Virus record (IMG/VR): IMGVR_UViG_3300035034_000127
Coordinates: 8,031-72,030 of that record
Reading direction: 5' to 3' (one strand)
DNA: 64,000 bases
Origin: a virus
Taxonomy: Duplodnaviria > Caudoviricetes
The notes beneath the pieces were generated by a model. It did no database searches, was not told the origin of the DNA, and saw nothing but the letters and a program-made list of their open reading frames with translations. Below, one piece after another: positions 59,579-64,000 of this stretch. The position numbers were made by a program, and so were the translations under genes. Within the stretch, counting starts at the first letter, position 1; each line of letters begins with the position of its first letter.

Positions 59579-59614
59579 CATAAATACAGTACTAATATGT
59601 ATCATATATTTATG
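59579..59614. promoter_or_regulatory. Face-to-face late-promoter cores
   Basis: CATAAATA on + (59579-59586, towards the tape measure gene) and on - (59614-59607, towards gp26); an 8-bp inverted repeat. Confidence 0.6.
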
Positions 59615-59640
59615 TGCGTATATAATTTGGACTTTTAATT

Positions 59641-62232
59641 GTGGCAGATGAAGTAGAGATTGGTAATGTAGGTGGCGAGAATGGTGTTGCTAGCGAAGCA
59701 ACGCTAGCATCTCTGTTGCGTGCAATGGAACGAATGGCCGGCGCAGATGGCTCTAATGCAAGTGAAGCTGCAAGGGCCGCTAGACGCTTGCGACAAGCAC
59801 TGCGGGATGCTGCCGATAGTACAGAAGATAATACAGATGCACTAGATGAAAACACTGGGGCGATTGAAAGTGCTGCTGAAGTCACTGGTAGATTTGCCAG
59901 AGCGATAGTAGACGTTACTGCAAATCTTGTAGGTGTACTTGCATCTAGCATTGTTGGATTTGGTAGCGTGTTATTATCCTCTAAAACAGAACTGTCAGAC
60001 TTTGCTGAGCAGATTCCGTTTGTGGGAGGAATCTTAGGTTCACTTGTCGGAATACTCGATGACAGCATTGCTACGTTTAGACAACTATCGTCAGTAGGTG
60101 CTGCTTTTAGCAATAGCATCGAGAATATGAGACTGTCGGCAGCTCAACTAGAATTAGGATTAGATGAAATGGCCAGTTTCGTGTCATCTAATTCAGAATC
60201 GTTGCGTTTGCTTAGTGGAACAGTAACAGATGGTATTACTAGATTTAAGGCTATCAACAAAACAATAAAAGACACAGGTGACTTTGCTGCTCTAAAAAAC
60301 CTAGGGTTTACAGTTGAAGAAATAAATGAAGGACTGGCTGATTTTACCGCCCTACAGTCTAGGCTAGGACGTCTACAACGCATGAGTACTAGTCAGATTG
60401 CCGCAGGCAGCGCTAGATATCTTGAGCAATTGGACAGGTTGGCAAAGGTCACAGGACAGAGTAGAAAAGAACTAGCAGCAACAATGCTGCAACAAAGTCA
60501 GGATGCTAGTTTTCGGGCACTAGCTAACCAATTTACTAACAGCTCAAAACAGCTAGAAAACTTTACTAGTAGTATGGCATTGATAGATACACTGCCAGAA
60601 AACGTGGCTAACGGGCTCAGAGACCTAGCAGACGGGATACCTCAGACTGCTGACGGTATTGCACTATTAACGACCATTGGTCCAGAAATACAAACAGCAA
60701 TGAAAAGGATAGCAAGTGGTGCTGATCCTCAAGTGTTGATTAATGCAATCGGCGCAGCAGGCCACGATATTGAAAATTTTATAGGCGGCTCTGCAAAGGA
60801 GCAAGCTGCAATTATAGCCCAACTTAGACAAACTCAACCAGAAATTGCAGCAGTACTAGATGCTGCTACTAAAATGAAAGAGTTTGGTACTAAAGAAATG
60901 AGTGCAGCTCGTGCTGAACAAGCAAAGAGAGCTGAAACTACTGCTTCATTAACTGAATTTGATGATACATTAAAAGCTTTTAGAGGAACTATTGCAAAGG
61001 CGTTTATTGATAGTGGCATATTTGAAAAGATGGCCGGCGGTGTTGCTACGGTTGCAGACTTATTAGAAAATACACTTGCATCTGATGAGTTTGAAACTAG
61101 TTTAAAAAATATATCTTCTACAATTAAGAACTTCCTGAATGAGATACAAGAGGTAGGAATTGAAGAAGCGTTTGCTGGTTTGTTTAAAGAGGGCGGCCCG
61201 TTTGCAGGACTAGGAAAATCTATAAGTGATACTATAGTATCAGCATTGAAAGAAACGCTGCCTATGATAGGTATTGGGTTAGTAGCTTTATTTAGTGGTG
61301 TATACCTAGCTAAAAAAATAAGCGGAGCATTTACTGGACTACTGGGTAGAGTTTTTGGCGGAGGCGGCCCTGACCTAGGAGGCGGAGGCGGGGATGACGA
61401 CCCGGATCGAGGACGTCGAGGCGGACGTCGAGGCGGACGTCGAGGCGGCGCAGATGGAGGCGGCAGAGCTGGCAGAAATATAGGAGGCTTCTTTGGCGGC
61501 ATTATAGGCAGTGTGATGAAAGGTGCAGCCCAAGGCATTAAAGCGTTTGCTAACCCAGCTGTACTTCTAGGTGCAGTTAATATTGGATTAGTTATTACTG
61601 CAATAGGAGCAGGAGTAGCTGGCGCCGCTTGGATAACCGGAAAGGCGCTTCCTACATTTGTTGAAGGAATAAAATCCTTTGAAGATATAAACGGCGAAAA
61701 GCTAAAAACAGCCGGCGCCGGTATGTTGTCTGTGTCGGCTGGCCTTGCAGCGTTTGGCGGAGCTTCGATTATAGCAGGTGTTGGTAATATTGCTGGCTTT
61801 GTCGGCGATTTATTTGGCGGTTCAGCACTTGAGAATATGCAAGAAACTGCCAAAGGTATGCAGTCAATTGCAGATGTTAAAGGATTAAAATCTAACTTAG
61901 AGGTCCTTAATCGAGGGCTTGATACAGACTCTATAAAAAACTATGCTGATGCAATGGAACGTTTAGTAGAAGCTCTTAGTGAAATGAACGACGAATTATC
62001 CAAGGACAACAAAGTAGGCTTTGGAAAAGGAACTAACGCCGGTGACGTGTTAAGTAAGGTCAACACTTCCACGTCTGGAGGCACCGAAGGTATCAAAGAG
62101 TTAAATAACTTGATGCAACAAGTGTTAATGACCTTACAAAGAATGCAAGTTGACACAAACAAGACAGAAAAAAATACAAAAAATCTAGGCGGCGGAAATA
62201 TTGCCAACGGATACATAAGTTCTATCCGCTAA
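59641..62232 (+). CDS. Tape-measure-like protein
   Basis: 863 aa, Ala/Gly-rich helical, ASEATL N-terminus, YLEQLDRLAKVTGQSR, hydrophobic segments; lies between gp26-like and portal genes. GTG start. Confidence 0.65.
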   Translation: MADEVEIGNVGGENGVASEATLASLLRAMERMAGADGSNASEAARAARRLRQALRDAADSTEDNTDALDENTGAIESAAEVTGRFARAIVDVTANLVGVLASSIVGFGSVLLSSKTELSDFAEQIPFVGGILGSLVGILDDSIATFRQLSSVGAAFSNSIENMRLSAAQLELGLDEMASFVSSNSESLRLLSGTVTDGITRFKAINKTIKDTGDFAALKNLGFTVEEINEGLADFTALQSRLGRLQRMSTSQIAAGSARYLEQLDRLAKVTGQSRKELAATMLQQSQDASFRALANQFTNSSKQLENFTSSMALIDTLPENVANGLRDLADGIPQTADGIALLTTIGPEIQTAMKRIASGADPQVLINAIGAAGHDIENFIGGSAKEQAAIIAQLRQTQPEIAAVLDAATKMKEFGTKEMSAARAEQAKRAETTASLTEFDDTLKAFRGTIAKAFIDSGIFEKMAGGVATVADLLENTLASDEFETSLKNISSTIKNFLNEIQEVGIEEAFAGLFKEGGPFAGLGKSISDTIVSALKETLPMIGIGLVALFSGVYLAKKISGAFTGLLGRVFGGGGPDLGGGGGDDDPDRGRRGGRRGGRRGGADGGGRAGRNIGGFFGGIIGSVMKGAAQGIKAFANPAVLLGAVNIGLVITAIGAGVAGAAWITGKALPTFVEGIKSFEDINGEKLKTAGAGMLSVSAGLAAFGGASIIAGVGNIAGFVGDLFGGSALENMQETAKGMQSIADVKGLKSNLEVLNRGLDTDSIKNYADAMERLVEALSEMNDELSKDNKVGFGKGTNAGDVLSKVNTSTSGGTEGIKELNNLMQQVLMTLQRMQVDTNKTEKNTKNLGGGNIANGYISSIR
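61411..61446 (+). repeat. Perfect tandem repeat, 3 x GGACGTCGAGGC (encodes GRRG x3)
   Basis: Read directly at 61411-61422, 61423-61434 and 61435-61446. Confidence 0.95.
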
Positions 62233-62276
62233 CAGGAATCTAATATGAATATTAAACGTACAATGGAGATTGTATA

Positions 62277-64000
62277 ATGTCGTGGCGTAAACACTTTACT
62301 CCGGTATCAGCAGACAATAACTCCGACGGCAGCTACAGTCCTTTTTCTAATGCGAGAAATGGCGCTCAAGCAGGACCTGCTAAAGCAAACTATTCGTCTT
62401 ATCTACCAGACATATATGTGGGAACGCCTAATAGAGTTGAGCGTTATGGACAGTACAATACCATGGACCAAGACAGTGAAGTAAATGCTGCTCTTGATAT
62501 TCTTGCAGAGTTTTGTACACAAAAGAATAAGCAAAACAACACCCCATTCACTACAGAATATAAGTCTGAGGCCACTAATTCAGAAGTCAAGATTATCCAG
62601 CAGTACCTACAACAGTGGGCTAAACTGCAAGACTTTGAAACTAAAATCTTTAGAATTCTAAGAAACGTGTTTAAGTTTGGCGATCAGTTTTTCCTTAGAG
62701 ACCCTGAAACTAAGAAATGGTTTAACGTAGATCCAGCAAACGTTACTAAAATAATTGTTAACGAAAGCGAAGGCAAAATTCCAGAGCAGTATGTAATTAA
62801 GAACGTAAACTTTAACTTTGTTGCAGGTATTGCTACTACTCCTTATGAATCTAATAATAGTACTTATGGAGGAGGAAACACCACTTACCAGCCAGTTGGT
62901 AACGCCAACGGAATGGCAGGACAGCCGCAGAGTAGCACATCAGCTTCGCGTTTTATGACAGAACAAAATGAATATGCGGTTAACGCAGAGCATATGGTTC
63001 ACATCAGTTTATCAGAAGGATTAGATAATAATTTTCCGTTTGGTAACAGTCTGTTAGAAACAATCTTTAAAGTTTACAAGCAAAAAGAGCTGCTTGAAGA
63101 TGCCATTATTATCTATCGAGTACAGCGTGCACCAGAGCGAAGAGTCTTCTACGTTGATGTGGGCAACATGCCCAGTCACCTTGCTATGCAGTTTGTTGAG
63201 CGTGTAAAGACGGAAATCCATCAACGTAGGATCCCATCGTCAACAGGTGGCGGACAAAATGTAATTGACTCAAGTTATAATCCTCTCTGTTTGGATTTAT
63301 CTACAAGGATTCCTCTACTTGACGGAAGAACATTAGCACTAACTGAGTTAATTGCAGAGTTTGAGCAAGGAAAAGAAAACTGGGCATACAGTTGTGATCC
63401 TGTGACTGGCAAAATAGCGCCAGGCGTAATTAACTGGGCTGGTATTACTCGCAGAAATACACAAACTATTCAATTAACATTTGATAATGGCGAAACTTTA
63501 GTTTGTACCCCAGACCACAAGATACCAGTATTTGGAAAAGGTATGGTAGAGGCCAAGGACATCGTCGAAACTGATAGTTTAATATCGTTTAATAAAAGAA
63601 ACAAAAAGATATCGTCTAACTCTAATGACTATGAGCAAGTTTGGGATCATAGCAAGAAGGAATGGATGTGGACTCATCGAGTTGTAGGCGAGTTTTTTAG
63701 AAACTTGAGCAAACATCAGGAATTTACATACCTTGAACAAAATGTAGGAAAGTCTAAAGCAGTAATACATCACCAAGATTATAATCGCTTTAATAACGAT
63801 CCACGTAATCTTCAATACATGAATAAAGCTGATCACATACAGTACCATGCTGCAAATAAATCAGATTACTGGTCTAATCTATCAGAAGAAGAATTTCAGT
63901 TAGTTACAGGAAAGATTTCTAATACGTTAAAAACACATTGGAAGAATATGACTATTGTAGAAAGACAATCAGCTCTTTACAATATTAGGTCAGCACAACA
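62277..64000 (+). CDS. gp20: Portal protein (T4 gp20-like), intein-containing, truncated by the window end
   Basis: Absent from the ORF track (no stop in the window); hand translation MSWRKHFTPV...EVNAALDILAEF...LLEDAIIIYRVQRAPERRVFYVDVGNMP, the gp20 signature; GGAG RBS. Confidence 0.92.
   Translation, partial: MSWRKHFTPVSADNNSDGSYSPFSNARNGAQAGPAKANYSSYLPDIYVGTPNRVERYGQYNTMDQDSEVNAALDILAEFCTQKNKQNNTPFTTEYKSEATNSEVKIIQQYLQQWAKLQDFETKIFRILRNVFKFGDQFFLRDPETKKWFNVDPANVTKIIVNESEGKIPEQYVIKNVNFNFVAGIATTPYESNNSTYGGGNTTYQPVGNANGMAGQPQSSTSASRFMTEQNEYAVNAEHMVHISLSEGLDNNFPFGNSLLETIFKVYKQKELLEDAIIIYRVQRAPERRVFYVDVGNMPSHLAMQFVERVKTEIHQRRIPSSTGGGQNVIDSSYNPLCLDLSTRIPLLDGRTLALTELIAEFEQGKENWAYSCDPVTGKIAPGVINWAGITRRNTQTIQLTFDNGETLVCTPDHKIPVFGKGMVEAKDIVETDSLISFNKRNKKISSNSNDYEQVWDHSKKEWMWTHRVVGEFFRNLSKHQEFTYLEQNVGKSKAVIHHQDYNRFNNDPRNLQYMNKADHIQYHAANKSDYWSNLSEEEFQLVTGKISNTLKTHWKNMTIVERQSALYNIRSAQ
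63288..64000 (+). mobile_element. Intein with HNH-type endonuclease in the portal gene (partial)
   Basis: After SSYNPL the frame reads CLDLSTRIPLLDG (block A), VCTPDHK (block B), then WTHRVV...VIHHQDYNRFNNDPRNL...DH (HNH). The C-terminal splice site is outside the window. Confidence 0.88.

Noticed and set aside
59610-62216. Long antisense ORFs (59610..60119, 60834..61853, 61941..62216)
   Set aside because: Shadow frames of the Ala/Gly-rich tape measure gene; no independent signals.
63579-63848. Minus-strand 89-aa ORF
   Set aside because: Antisense to the portal intein, whose plus frame is open and carries clear motifs.
1-64000. Stop-codon reassignment, as in some large phages
   Set aside because: Code 11 gives full-length genes at high density, and TAG, TGA and TAA all end genes at sensible boundaries.

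Overview
A 64-kb, gene-dense, AT-rich segment of a large T4-like myovirus (probably a jumbo phage), using the standard bacterial code. From left to right it has five parts. (1) At 1-15.9 kb is an accessory enzyme island: six radical SAM enzymes, a QueC-like PP-loop ATPase, a 2OG-Fe(II) oxygenase, a kinase-like protein, a methyltransferase, a nucleotide-sugar dehydrogenase and about five glycosyltransferase-like genes. (2) At 15.9-50 kb is a minus-strand tail/baseplate module with fibres, a 4699-aa wedge-like protein, gp6-, gp25-, gp5-, gp53- and gp48/54-like genes, and two cell-wall hydrolase domains. (3) At 50-57.2 kb are a gp55-like late sigma factor interrupted by a LAGLIDADG intein, a free-standing endonuclease, gp47/gp46 and a small GIY-YIG nuclease. 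(4) At 57.2-57.8 kb is the only long non-coding stretch, about 600 nt. It is packed with hairpins, long-range helices and an H-type pseudoknot, and is the best candidate for an undescribed structured RNA, possibly partnered with the GIY-YIG protein. (5) At 57.8-64 kb are a probable internal head protein, a gp26/gp51-like pair joined by a predicted -1 frameshift, a tape-measure-like gene, and a portal gene with an HNH intein that is cut off by the window end. Near-consensus sigma70 promoters and about 12 TAAATA late-promoter cores are visible. All product calls come from motifs recognised by eye; no database searches were run.
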